Source: the human T2T-CHM13v2.0 reference genome, Homo sapiens. From it: a stretch of DNA of 64,000 bases. Below are positions 46,590 to 59,622 of the stretch, in pieces. The stretch lies in assembly GCF_009914755.1 (NCBI RefSeq), contig NC_060931.1; one strand, 5' to 3'. Position numbers and translations under genes: made by a program. Below the pieces are notes generated by a model that was not told the origin of the DNA, did no database searches, and saw only the letters and a list, made by a program, of their open reading frames with translations. The stretch's first letter is position 1. Every line of letters begins with the position of its first letter.

Positions 46590-47800
46590 CAACTGAGTAA
46601 GTGCTTACTCAGCACCAGACATTACGGAGGCACTTGGAATCCATCAGTGAAGAAAACAGGCGAAGACACTCACCTGAATGCGTCTGCAGTCTAGCAGTTG
46701 GAGACAGTACACATAAGTGTGTACATTTTCTTATATGTTATAAGGTAATAAATGATACAGAAAAAGGATAAAGCAAGCAGGATCAGGGAGACTGATGGTG
46801 GGAGGTACACAGGAGGCTCTTTGAAATAGAACGGTAACCATGACACCAAAGTCAACACTCGGAGAAAGTGAAGAGGCTGGCAGGTGAATAAGTGTGGACA
46901 GGGCGCCTCACAGAGCAGGACAGGCAAAGGCCCCGGGGAAGCACTTCTCACTCGCTGCAGAATCGCAGGCCTTGGAGAAGGCACAGAGGCTTTGAAGGCC
47001 ATTCTTAGGAGTCTGGCTCTGACCATGGGTGAAACAGAATGCTCTGGAGGGCTGTGAGTGAAGGAAGGCATTATCTGGCCCACATTGTAAAGGGATCACT
47101 GTAGGAGCACAGGCAGGAGCAGAGACCCAGGCAGCGGGTCTGGGAGGGAAACGGCTGTGGCTACGCAGGTGCAGGTGGTGAGCGCAGTCAGAATCTAGAC
47201 AGATCTTGAGCTGGAGCCAGCAGGACTTCCTGGCAGTCAGGGGCAGAGTAAGACAGTTGTCAGCTATGGCTCAGGCACAGTGGCTGGACATCTGGCAGGG
47301 CGCCACAGGCTGAGGCATGCAGGTTGGGCTGGGAGGGCCGGGCTGAGATGGAACCCGGTTGTACGCACATTGAGTTCAAGGTGGTTTATTAGAGGCGGGC
47401 GAGTCTGGAGTTTGGAGGGAAGTCTGTGATGGAGGCGTCACTTTGGAGTTGTTTGCTTATCGATGTTATTTAAAGGCAGGAGACCTATAAGGTTACCAGG
47501 GAAGTGAGGGAGATGAGAGAGGGAAGGGAGCCAGGACACAGCCCTGGGCCACAGCAGCAGAGAAGAGGAGAAGGCGCAGTCACTGAGGTAGGGAGACAAG
47601 AGTCTGTTTCCCTGGAAGCCGTGTGTGGAGAAGGGAGGGGTCGCCTGTGTCAGAGGCTTCTGACGCATGAGACAAAAGCCAAGCACTGGTCATTGGAGTC
47701 AGTGTGGAGGTCTGCGGTGAACTCCTCGGCAGCACAGGCAGCACTTGACAGGAGTTTCATTGAAAAGGTAGGACAAAGAGAGTCACAGCTGGTGAGCGAA
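46590..47800 (-). mobile_element. L2 fragments
   Basis: Purine-rich decayed sequence resembling antisense L2. Confidence 0.45.
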
Positions 47801-48174
47801 ATAGGGTCAAGAAAAACTTTTTCAGAAAAATAACAGGATGTTTGTAATTTGATGGGAATGATAAAATGGGCAGTTGGAAAGAAGGGGTGATATAACACAG
47901 GACGCAGTGGAAGTGCTGGAGTGACGTCTCCAAGGAGGCAAGGGCCTGGGGGCTGGTGTCCCGGGACTAGGGATCCGACAGGAGCGCCAACACCGCTGTG
48001 GGTGAACAGACACCGGTTGGCACAGGAGCAGTGGGCGCTGCCTCTGAGTGCTTCAGTTCTCAGTGAAGTAGGCGCCAGCTCAGCAGCATCTGCTGCCTGA
48101 GGATGGAGGAGGCGGAGGTGCTGGGATTGAAGGCAGAAGAGAAAGTGTGAAAGCACCCAGGAGGAGAATGAATG

Positions 48175-48345
48175 AGCTGATCTCCAGCTGCATCCTGCCA
48201 GAGAGCACCAAGTGGATCTGCCAAACACAGACTGCTGGGCAGGCATCTGATTCAGTAGGTCTGGGTGGGGCTCGAGAATGTGTATTTCTAACAAGTTCCA
48301 GGATGACACTAATGCCGCTGGCTGGGGATCCCACACTTCCAGATG
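48175..48345. mobile_element. MER5A-like hAT element
   Basis: tctgattcagtaggtctgggtggggc...gaatgtgtatttctaacaagttcc core. Confidence 0.75.
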
Positions 48346-51000
48346 ACACTGGTCTGGAGGCAGGTTGCGTGGTAGCCTCAGGGGCTCCCGTGGTCACCGC
48401 TGGTGAGAGCGGGTGGCAGGTTTGTGCGTTCCTTGCCAGGCATTCAGCTTGCCATTTAGTTTATCTGACCTGCTTTTTCCTGCATGTGGGCTCATCAGCC
48501 ACCCTCGAGGGTACACATAGTGACAAGCTGCAGAACATTCGTGAGTGGGGACAAAAGCTGAGTGGAAATGCTGGCCGGGGTGGCTCATGTCTGTGAAGCA
48601 TGATCTGGCTGGACCTTTTAGAGGGGCCCTGGCATCAGTTTCTGGGGTTGGCAGCTCCTGCTGAGCAGGCTCCCAGCCACCTGTCCTACACAGTGGCACT
48701 CTGACCTTCACTCTGGGCAAGAGACCATCCGTTTTACTTTTTCTAGCAAAGGGCATCTGGGGGCTGACTGATATCTGGCCTGCCTTTGAGTCAGCCTCCT
48801 CACTGCCAGCCAGAGGCATGGGATCTGGGGCCACGCTTCCAGTGACTGACAGCGGCTGGGCTCAGGGCTCACCTATTCCTCCGTCCTCCCACCACCTCAC
48901 TGTTCAGCTGTTGGTCAACACTTGCTTCCTCTGCTTTTCAGCTTCCCCATTTGAGCGGCTGTCTCCTGCCCTCTTGCCCCAGGTCTGCCTGGTCTCATGG
49001 ACCCTGGGAGGGAGCACAAGCGTGTGCCTGGCACAGGCTGTCCCTGGGCCTGCACACAGACCTGCTGCCCCCATAGCCTGCTGGGTTCGAGGACCAGAGA
49101 CAGGCCGGATGTATTTAAGCCCATGAGGGTTTGCATCTCAGTACTTTTCCTGGGACTCTTCCTGAGCCGTACTGAGTATACGCCGCTGGCACAGTCGTCA
49201 CACATGGAGCAGAACATCCACGCCCCTCACTCCTCCTTGTCCTGTGCCAAAACCATGTTCAGGGATCAAAGAGGGGCACGGAACACACCCGGATGACTCT
49301 GCTTTTCTGAAATTTTCTCGCATGGAATTATTTTGCTGATATCTTCATTTTGTGATTCTATCCTATATGGAAAGCCTATATTCCATCTTGTCAAATGGAA
49401 AAGTTCACAAATTGGGACCATTTTCTGTTTCTAAGACCCCATAGCCTCTAGGTTGCTTGCCGGCACAGAGCCGCCCGCTCTGCAGATGGCTGTGTCTCCA
49501 CAGCCTTCCTGGAAGAACAGCCTCAAGGGCTGCCAGCATCAGAAGGACATGGCTGGGGAGGAGGGAAGGGGGAGGAAGTGGGAACTGCCATGGCCTATGG
49601 TACAACTACAAAACCAAAAAGCCTTGCCCCTCTCTCCGATTTACCTCCCCCAACTTGAAAAGCATGAGGGCGTCACAGACATCATCTGCTGATGCCTGAA
49701 ACTCCTGTATTCCACACCCAGAGACAAGCGCACAGTTAAAAGTGCCTGGGCAGGTGAGGGTGTGATTCACTCACCATGGCAAGAGTGGTCTCTGGCATTA
49801 GACCCTCTGGGTTCCAATCTGGGCTTTGCCACCTTCAATACTGCCTTATGGGGTTATTGGGAGGATTAAATAATTTGAGTAACGCACTTAGCATGGTACA
49901 AATGTTCAATACATGCCACTTTTAGATTAAGGATTAAGTAATGGACATCAGACAGTTTTCTAGGAAAAAAAGTTAATCATGGAACTGCTTGCTTCTGTAG
50001 CTGCGCCCCATCAGAGAGCAGTAGCGCACCCCCACCCTCACCCCCCAGGTCATTGGTTCTTTCTGCCAGACCTGCCCCACTTCCTTGGTTCTTCTGGGAA
50101 TAGCAGTCCCTCCCTTCAGGGAACTGCTCTTCCCATTCAGATGAAGCAGCTTCAGCACACACATGCCTCACACATGGCTGGCTCTTCTGGGGAGATGTGG
50201 AATTTAATCTAAAATTAGCACATTTTGAGTCATCAGTAATGTTCCCAGTGGCCTACTCAAGGGATATAGCAACAGGGACTCCTCATTCTCTTTATTGTAA
50301 GCTCTGATACATTTAATGCATTTAATTGCTTGAGTGCATTTCATTTCTAATGTATAATAATAATATCGGCCATTATTGAGCTGGGCACTGTGCAAAGCAC
50401 TTGATAAGCATCATTGCATTCAATTATCCTGTTTGGCCCTATTATAAGCCTGTACATAGGCTTCTCAGACACAGTTTATGACATGTGAGGCGGCTGAGGG
50501 TGGGTAGAATTGCCCAGGGTCACACAGCTAGAGAGTTGCGGGGCAGAGGTTCCATCAGACCTTAATTTATGAGAGTGGCATCCAGACATTTCAAAGTCAA
50601 GGATAAAAAATGGAACTAATCTACATTCTCCGAAGGGTGGAGGAAGACAGGCTATGAGAGTGGACTGGAGAGTGACATCACAGCATCAAGAGCTCTGTGG
50701 ACAGAGAGCAAAGCAACGCCAGAAGACGTGCTAAAGTCAAAGCATTAAATTGTGTACACAAGCTATATATTCGTGTCTTATAGCCTGTTCAAACAAGTGG
50801 GTTGTCAGTGTCTCAACCTGACAAGGATCTGAAGGAATAATAGAATGCAACTGGTACTGCTTTGTACCCCATCAGTTAATGAGTCTAGGCACTGATCGTT
50901 GGTGGCTCTCTGAAGACAAGCAGATGTGCGTACCTTCTAATGGAAATACACACCACTTTTGAAGTAGACCAAAAAAAAAAAAAAAACCTAAATCTGATCA

Positions 51001-51460
<460 letters not shown>

Positions 51461-51591
51461 AAAAAATAAAAAGCAAATGGAATTAAAAATGGACAAAGAC
51501 GGAAAATTTAGGTTCAAAAAGATATAGAAATCTCATGCTATGAACCTTATTTGGATCAGATACAAACAATTTTTAAAAAACAGATAAATGT

Positions 51592-51905
51592 GGCTGGGCG
51601 TGGTGGCTCACGCCTGTAATCCCAGCACTTTGGGAGGCTGATGCGGGCGGATCACAAGATCAGAAGATTGAGACCAACCTGGCTAACACGGTGAAACCCC
51701 ATCTCTACTAAAAATACAAAAAATAAGCCAGGCGTGGTGGCGGGCGCCTGTAGTCCTAGCTACTCGGGAGGCTGAGGCAGGAGAATGGCGTGAACGCAGG
51801 AGGCAGAGCTTGCAGTGAGCCAAGATCACGCCACTGCACTCCAGCCTGGGCAACAGAGAGAGACTCTGTCTCAAAAAACAAAACAAAACCAACCAAACAA
51901 ACAGA
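51592..51905 (+). mobile_element. AluY-like
   Basis: Y-type positions; TSD aaaacagataaatgt. Confidence 0.94.
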
Positions 51906-51963
51906 AAACAGATAAATGTAAATACTGGTTGGATCTGTAAAGATATGAAGGAATTATTGTCCC

Positions 51964-52283
<320 letters not shown>

Positions 52284-52394
52284 TGATATGTTGCCTGCTG
52301 AAATATTTATAGATGAAATGTTCAGGATTTGCTTCAATATGATGCAGGGAAGGGCCAGAAGGAGTGTAGATCCATAAAACAAGACTGGCCCTTT

Positions 52395-53420
52395 ATCTAT
52401 TGCTGTGTGATAAATCACCCCAATAAGTGACAGCTGCCGTACCCGGCCGTAACTTCTTTATTTTATAATTTATCTACTGTAGTCTAGAGCTTTGATGATG
52501 GTTTGGAGGCTTGTCCCATGTCATCAGCTTAAGTTAGAGATCATCGGACAAGAGTCATGTTGGGTTATAGGCCCACCTTATTCCAGTATGTCCTCACCTT
52601 GACTAGTTACATCTGCAATGACCCTATTTCCAAATAAAGTCGCATTCTAAGAGTCCAGGAAGGACATGAATTTTGAGGAGACACTGCCCAACCCAGTACA
52701 TTCTTCATGTGTGCCTGTTCACATGGCTGCTTGAGTCCCTATGACATGGCAAGGATCCAAGAGAGTCCAAGGCAGAAATTGCAACTCACTTTATCAGAAG
52801 TCACACACCATCACCTCTACCGCATTGTATTCAGTGTAGAATTGACTGCACAAGGGCACAAATATCAGGAGGCAGAGAGGATTGAGGGCCACTCTGGAAA
52901 CTGGATACAGGACTCATATCCCTCCACCTGAAAAATACACTCTGCCCTCCCCAGCTCCCATGTGTTCACCCCATTGTGGCATCAGCCTCTGCTCAGTTGC
53001 TGGGGCACAATGCCTGCCAGCTTCGTAGAAACTCTTTTTTTTTTTTTTAAATCTAAACAGTTGTCTGAGGCATGACCCCAGAATTTTCTCTTAACAAAAC
53101 TCTTAACAAGAGATTTTACAAGCTATACCCTTGATTTTCTCTTTATACCATATTTTTCTGACAGTACCTTGGGTTTTATTTTTGCCTGGAAGCCATTTCT
53201 TAAATTTGGCATTATTTGCCATCTGGAAGGTCTGAGAATTTTCAAACCAGCCTGACTGCTTTATGTTTAATAGCCCTCTCTTTGGCTTCTTTCTCTGACA
53301 TTTCTTCTTGCTCTTTATGTAAAAAGAGGAGGAGCCAGACAACATCTTTGACCTTCTGCCTGGAAATTTCCTGATAAGTCACTGGGTTTATTAGGTACAT
53401 TTTCTATTTTCTCTCTTGGA
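52395..53420. mobile_element. MLT1 (ERVL-MaLR) LTR/internal fragments, apparently nested
   Basis: tattgctgtg...aaatcacccc start; ttacatctgcaatgaccctatttccaaataa MLT1 motif at ~52608-52636. Confidence 0.55.
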
Positions 53421-53522
53421 AGATGTATCTTGCATAACAGAACAGAAGAGGGGGTGAAACCATTTTGTCATATCTGCTTTAGCACGTGTGCTCTTTCTTT
53501 TGCTCTCTCTCTCACTTTCTCT

Positions 53523-53620
53523 ACACACACACACACACACACACAGACACACACACACAGACACACACACACACACACAGACATACACACACAGACACAC
53601 ACACACACAGACACACATAC
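53523..53620. repeat. (CA)n compound microsatellite preceded by (CT)n
   Basis: Direct observation. Confidence 0.95.
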
Positions 53621-54066
53621 CTGCTGCATCATTTGAAAATAAGCTGTAGACATTGGGACCCCTTACTCCTACACACTTCATATGCCTCTTCTAAAAATAA
53701 TAAACTGCCACATAATCATAATACCAGTATTGCACCTGAGAAAGCTAACAATGATTTTGATAATACTATGTTGCATCCAAGCCATATTCAGTGTTCCCCC
53801 AATTGACTTTGAGGTCTGTATTGTTTTTCAATCAGGATCCAGTCTAAGTACATCTTTTATGTTTCTTTCATCTCTGTCAACCTAGGACAATCCCCTCAAC
53901 CTGGTGTTTTTGTTTTGTTTTTAATGGTGCTGACTTTCTCAGGACTCCAGGACTGTTGTATGGAGCTTCTCCTTTATGGGTTTGTCTGCTTCTTTCCCTC
54001 TGGTGTCATTTAACTTGTTCTGCAATCTCCCACTTCCTATAAACAGGAAGTTAGGTCTACCCTTTA

Positions 54067-54284
54067 GAGCTGTGGTGTCCAATATGGTAGCCACTAGCCA
54101 CATATGGGTATTTATTAATGAATTTAATTTGATGAGGATTAACTTAAATTTAAGAATTAAGTTCATCGGCCTTACTAGCCTCATTTCAAGTGCCCAGTGT
54201 TCACATGTAGCTAGTGGCTATGTATTGGGCAGTGCCTGTGTAGAACATTTCCATCCTCATAGAAAGTTCTATTGGATAACACTG
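54067..54284. mobile_element. MER3-like hAT-Charlie element
   Basis: tgtccaatatggtagccactagccacat...gaacatttccatc...agaaagttctattgga. Confidence 0.78.
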
Positions 54285-54304
54285 TTGTGGAGGTATCCAG
54301 GTGA

Positions 54305-54609
<305 letters not shown>

Positions 54610-56989
54610 GAGGTGATACATTTTTGATATGAGTACTACTTCAGTGATACTGGCACTTCATATTACATCACATGAGAAGTGCTGGCTGGGAAGTCCTGTG
54701 TGCCCTGAGGGACTACTGTAAACTGTGCACATGTAACTTAGAGATACCACACCCTTCCCTGCTGTAGACATTCTTCTCTGGTCCTGTCAGCCTGGATGCT
54801 ACATCCTGTGATGGAAAAAAATTTCTAGGGAAAACAAAATAATTTTAGAGCTGCAAGGGAACTTTGGTATTATTTTATAAACAGCAGAGGAAACCACACC
54901 CATAGAGGTTCAAAACTTGCCCAGGGTCACTGATAGCTAATTGGCAGCCAAGGATGATCTTCAACAAACATCTTCTTATCCCTGGCCAGACTCATATATC
55001 AGAGTTGAAGTAACTTGTGGCAACTGACATCAGTTGGTACTACTAACAATCATAAAATTATGTTATGAGTATTTAACAATGCCAGGCACTGTATCTAGCC
55101 ATTATAACCATTACTTCACAAGATTCTCACAACCATCTCATAAGGAGGTTAGTAACAAAACAACTGAACAGGAATTTATTCTTTCAGATAATAAACCTAG
55201 AATTGGCTCACTGCTTCAGAAGTTCAGCAATAAAAGCTGATGTCTCTGTGATTATGTTGGCCTTTCCCTCTTTGTCACAGGATAGTTATTGCAGCTCTAG
55301 ATATCACATCAGTGATCAAAGCAGGGTGAACGGGCTTGTGGCAATGCCAGCAACCCTTATCCCATTTATGAGAAAAGTGAAATCTTCCCCAGGGGCTCCA
55401 GTGTGGAGTTCTATGTGCAATTCATCAACCAAAACTGTGTCATGTGATGCCCCTGCTGCAAGGGAGACTGGACAACTGAAAATGATAGGTGGCTTTTCCA
55501 GGTACTATAGAAGAATCAGGCAAGGCGTCAGATTAGGAACAGCAGCAGTTGGGTAAACCAAGCAACAGTGGAATTGTTCTATCCTGATTCGGATTGGGGA
55601 ACTGATGCTCAGTGTGGCACAATACCTCCCTGCGCTTACCCGGCTAGTGAGGGGCACAGCTGGTTTGACTCCCAAGTTCACGGTGCGTAAGGTTTGCTCA
55701 CTGAAGAAATGTAAGGAGGACTCTGGTGTTGCTTGGGTTCGGGGCTGGTTCAAACACTTAAACAATAGGTGAGGTCTGTATGTCCTCAAAGGACAGGGGA
55801 GAGACTGACCCCAGAGTGATGCCGCCACCTAAATAAGGAACTGAAGGCAATTCAAGAGGAGGGCTGTCTGAATGGTTGTTGGGAAGTGGATACCTAAGAG
55901 AACTACTATTTTCTCCATTCAATATATGTTTAATGCCATATTTCATATACATATGCATTTAATGCAGTATGTATGCTATAAATATACGTGTACATATACA
56001 TATGTATCTCTAGTGCAATATTTCATATAAATTTTGTAAATACAGATTTAATGCTATGTTTCATATTTTCTCCCTAATCCTCTCTTCTCTGTGACAGCTT
56101 AATCCTGCCAGCCTTGGTTTTGCCAACCATGGACCCTTTCAAGAAGGTGGTTTGTGTAGGTGGTGAAGAACTCTTGTAATAAAAGAACAGAAAATGGGGC
56201 TGATTTTTCTCCCTTCAAATTGGCAATTATATATGAACTAAATCATTATAATTACAACTCATTGTAATTATGGCAAATCACTGTCATTCATTAAAAAACC
56301 ATTATTCATTATCATTCACTCAAAATCATTATAATCATTATAATGATTTTCCACATATAATTCCCAATAATAAACAGTGTTGGCAAAGGCTGGCAGAATT
56401 CATAATAATTCTTCTGAAGGTAATATTTGTCAAAAGCCCTAAAATATGTACATATACTTGGACCCAGCAACTTAAATCCAGTATTTTACTCTGAGGAAAT
56501 AAATGTGGATGTACGTAAAACATAGTGACAAGCATGCTCAGCAAAGCATTATTTATAATAGAGAAAAATTAGCAAGAATGCAAGCAAGAAAACAGATTGG
56601 AGAAATGTATCAATATCATAAAGTTCAAAATGAAACAAAACACATGGTAAAATTATAAAAGCAAAGAAATTATAAACACAAAATATGGGATAATAATGGG
56701 AGTGCAATGAGAAAGATTCATAGGGACCTCATTTCTATTTCTGAAGTGGGATGGGCGTACAGTGTGTTCATGTTATTGTATTTGGTCTGCATCATCCACA
56801 ATTATGCCAAGAAACTGTGGGGCACCACAATAAAGGTTGATTTTTCGCTCGAGCCCCGGTCCTGGCAGTTGGCAGGAGATCTCAGCTCCACGCAGTCAGC
56901 CAGGGACTCAGGCTCCGTCATCTTGCATAGAATCCTCCGCGGGATCCTCCACACCCAGGCTCCAGAAAGGGAAGGGAGAGACCTTGGGG

Positions 56990-58150
56990 CCTGGCAGCGC
57001 TGCAGGACCAGGTCTGGGGGACTCAGGTCTCCCGCATCCTATTCCAGTGCCCAGCGCGGCCCCAGCTCGCTGCCAGGGCGCTGGCAACGGTGGGCCCGGA
57101 CGAGGGGGAGGCGGCGCCCCTGGCGAGGAGCAGCATTGCCACCGCAGCCACGCGCAGGACATGCCCACCCTCTTCAATGACATATTTTATTTAAAAGTGA
57201 AAAACAAAATGGGAAGAGGGGGTTAAATAAACTCTGGAACAGTTTAATCGCACTGAGATGCGATGTAATCCTTAGCAGGGAAGAGGGGACCGTTGAAATA
57301 CCATGAAAAATATTGGAGTAAAACAGAGACTCCCGTGTGGGTCCCGGGCTGTTGGCTAGGGTGGCAGGCCGCGTGCATTTCCTCTCTCTGCGCCTCTCTC
57401 TGCTATGAGCACGAACTATTTTCATAATTAGATAAAAAATAAAGGCATGGGTTTGGTTTCGAATAAAGACCTTGAAGTGCTTGGCAGGTGTCCGCTCCCG
57501 GAGCGCCGCGGGTCCCCTGCTCCTGTCGGCGCCCGTGCCTCAGGCGGTCCCGATCCCGCGGCACAGGGGACGGCCGGGGAGGGCCCGCGCTTCTCCCGGA
57601 TGGACCGGGACGCCGGCCTTCCGGGCCCAGGAGGCCTCCCATCCCAGTCTCCCGCGGCGCCACTGCGGCCCTGCCTCGTCCGAACCCCTCTCCAGGGACG
57701 CGCAGGTCAGGGACACCCGTCCACCTGCGTCTGCCATCGCTTCGGGGCCTGCCGGTGCCCGGTCCTCGTTCAGCTGCAGCGCCAGGCCCAGGCCTGCACT
57801 ACGCCGGGGTGGGGGGCCGGTCTCGGAGAAGGGCGCGGCCAGCGGGCGCAGGACAGATGGGGAGACGACGCCCCAGCCTTCCCTCCCCAGGCGCAGGGGA
57901 ACCCTGAAGGCAGCTGAAGGTTGGACGAAAAGCTGCCCCTCCCTGTGACTGGCTGGGGTCACCTGGAAGGAGCCAGCTGAGCTCCGACCAGGTTCCTGCA
58001 GAGGCGTTCTGGCCGCCGAGCCTGTCCTGGGAGAGGAGAGCAGCGAGCAGCCTGGCCTCCCGAGGGGACAGGAGCCCTCCACCCCCGCACTGTGCCCTCT
58101 ACCGCCCCTGCCTCGGTAGGTCCTGCCACCCTCCTGCGGCCCCTGCAGCC
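56990..58150. promoter_or_regulatory. CpG island / GC-rich regulatory region not tied to a recognisable coding exon
   Basis: Dense CpG in unique sequence, especially 57490-58140. Confidence 0.75.
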
Positions 58151-58710
58151 CCTCAACACGCCTACTTCTGGGCATCAGGGATGTCACTGGTGCCAGAGGT
58201 CCCAGAGACCTTTAAGTACAAACCTGTCACCCTTGAGGGGAGAAACAAACATGTCACCCTTGAGGCGTAGCACCCAGGTGGTCAGCAGACCTTTGGAAAT
58301 GCGGTTGGATGAGAAGCCAGGATTTCTGCCCTCTGTCCGCATCTTACATTTCTGTGCACCCACACTGACAAGGATGGTAATAAAGAAAAAGACGAGCAAC
58401 GATTGCATTTCACCTACTTCCATTTGCTGAGAACATCTCACTCCTTCCAGGGACCCCTGAGCTTCCCCTTGGGAGTTGGAGTCACCGACTTGTGGCTGGG
58501 GGCACATTTCGGGCAGGAGACCTCAGGCTGGTCCTAGTGTTACCTCCCCGACCTGGGGGTGTTCTTGAGGTCCCACCAGTCCTCCGCCTCTTCTCTTGGG
58601 TGTCCCCAGCAGCACCTGGATGCCATTTCAGGGCTGACCACCCAGCACTGGAACTTGTTGTGTAACCACCCAGAACCCAGGAGCTGGGCATTTCCCTATG
58701 CACTCTGGTT

Positions 58711-58996
58711 CTGCACTGTCCAGTAAATCACTCACCAGCGCTACCAGCTCTTATAGCCCTTGAAATGTGGCCACTCCAAGTGGAAGTGTGCATTGAGTAT
58801 GTGTTATACAAACTGGATTTTGAATATGGAAAAAAGTAACATTTCTCACTCACATACTTTTATATCATTACATGTTGAAATAATACTTTGATATATTAGG
58901 CTGAATATCATTAAAATAATTTTTTTGATTAATCTTTGTAATGAAAATTTAAAGCAATGCACTGGTTCACATCATACCTTTAGTGGACAGCACTGG
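58711..58996. mobile_element. MER33-like hAT-Charlie element
   Basis: cactgtcca...tggacagcactg termini; ttgaaatgtggc and catgttgaaataata motifs. Confidence 0.65.
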
Positions 58997-59622
58997 TAAA
59001 GAATATACATCTAAAAGCTTTTCCCCACGTAAGCTTTAAAGTAAGATGCAAAATTCCTTTCTTCTACAAAAACATGAAGGATTGTCATTGGTAAGGGCTG
59101 CGCCCAGGCAGTTTTCACAGGTACACACTTGTTATCAATCTTCTGTTCCCATGTGCACTGAATACTAGGTCTGTGGCAAATGATATCAGCACTGTTTGTG
59201 ATTTCTGGAGTCCAGGGAGAAAGACAAAGAGAGTGCTCTCCAACATTCCTGTCACTGTTGAAAACAGACCAAGCCACGTTGCTCCTCCTTCATTATACTC
59301 TTGAGACCTGCACAAGAACATACATCTTTTTTTGTAAAAGTGAAGCCTGGATCTTCAGGGCTGGCATCAGAGGGAGATCTCCTAGGGAGGAGATTCAACA
59401 GGACTCAAATCTAATTCCCTTCACCTTCTTCTTGCGGGTAGGGGGTGTCTTGACAATCATCCTTGCACCCACCACACCATTTATAGGAGGGCACTGGGCC
59501 CCTTCCACACAGGCACAGGAGTGGAACGAGATCCTTTCTGGACACTTCCGCACAGCCCATCTGAGACAGGAACATTACAATAAAAAGTTATGGGGTAGGG
59601 GGCAAAAGAAACGCCTGAAGTA

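Noticed and set aside
47650-48336. 228-aa minus-strand ORF, the longest in the track
   Set aside because: It begins in a MER5A-like element, overlaps L2-like sequence and has no recognisable homology.
57112-57127. CTCF-like motif in the CpG island
   Set aside because: The G-run is one base short, breaking the conserved GGC positions of the core.
57447-58187. 139-215 aa ORFs in the CpG island
   Set aside because: Open in several frames on both strands, Pro/Arg/Gly-rich as expected from GC content, with no splice-consistent gene model.
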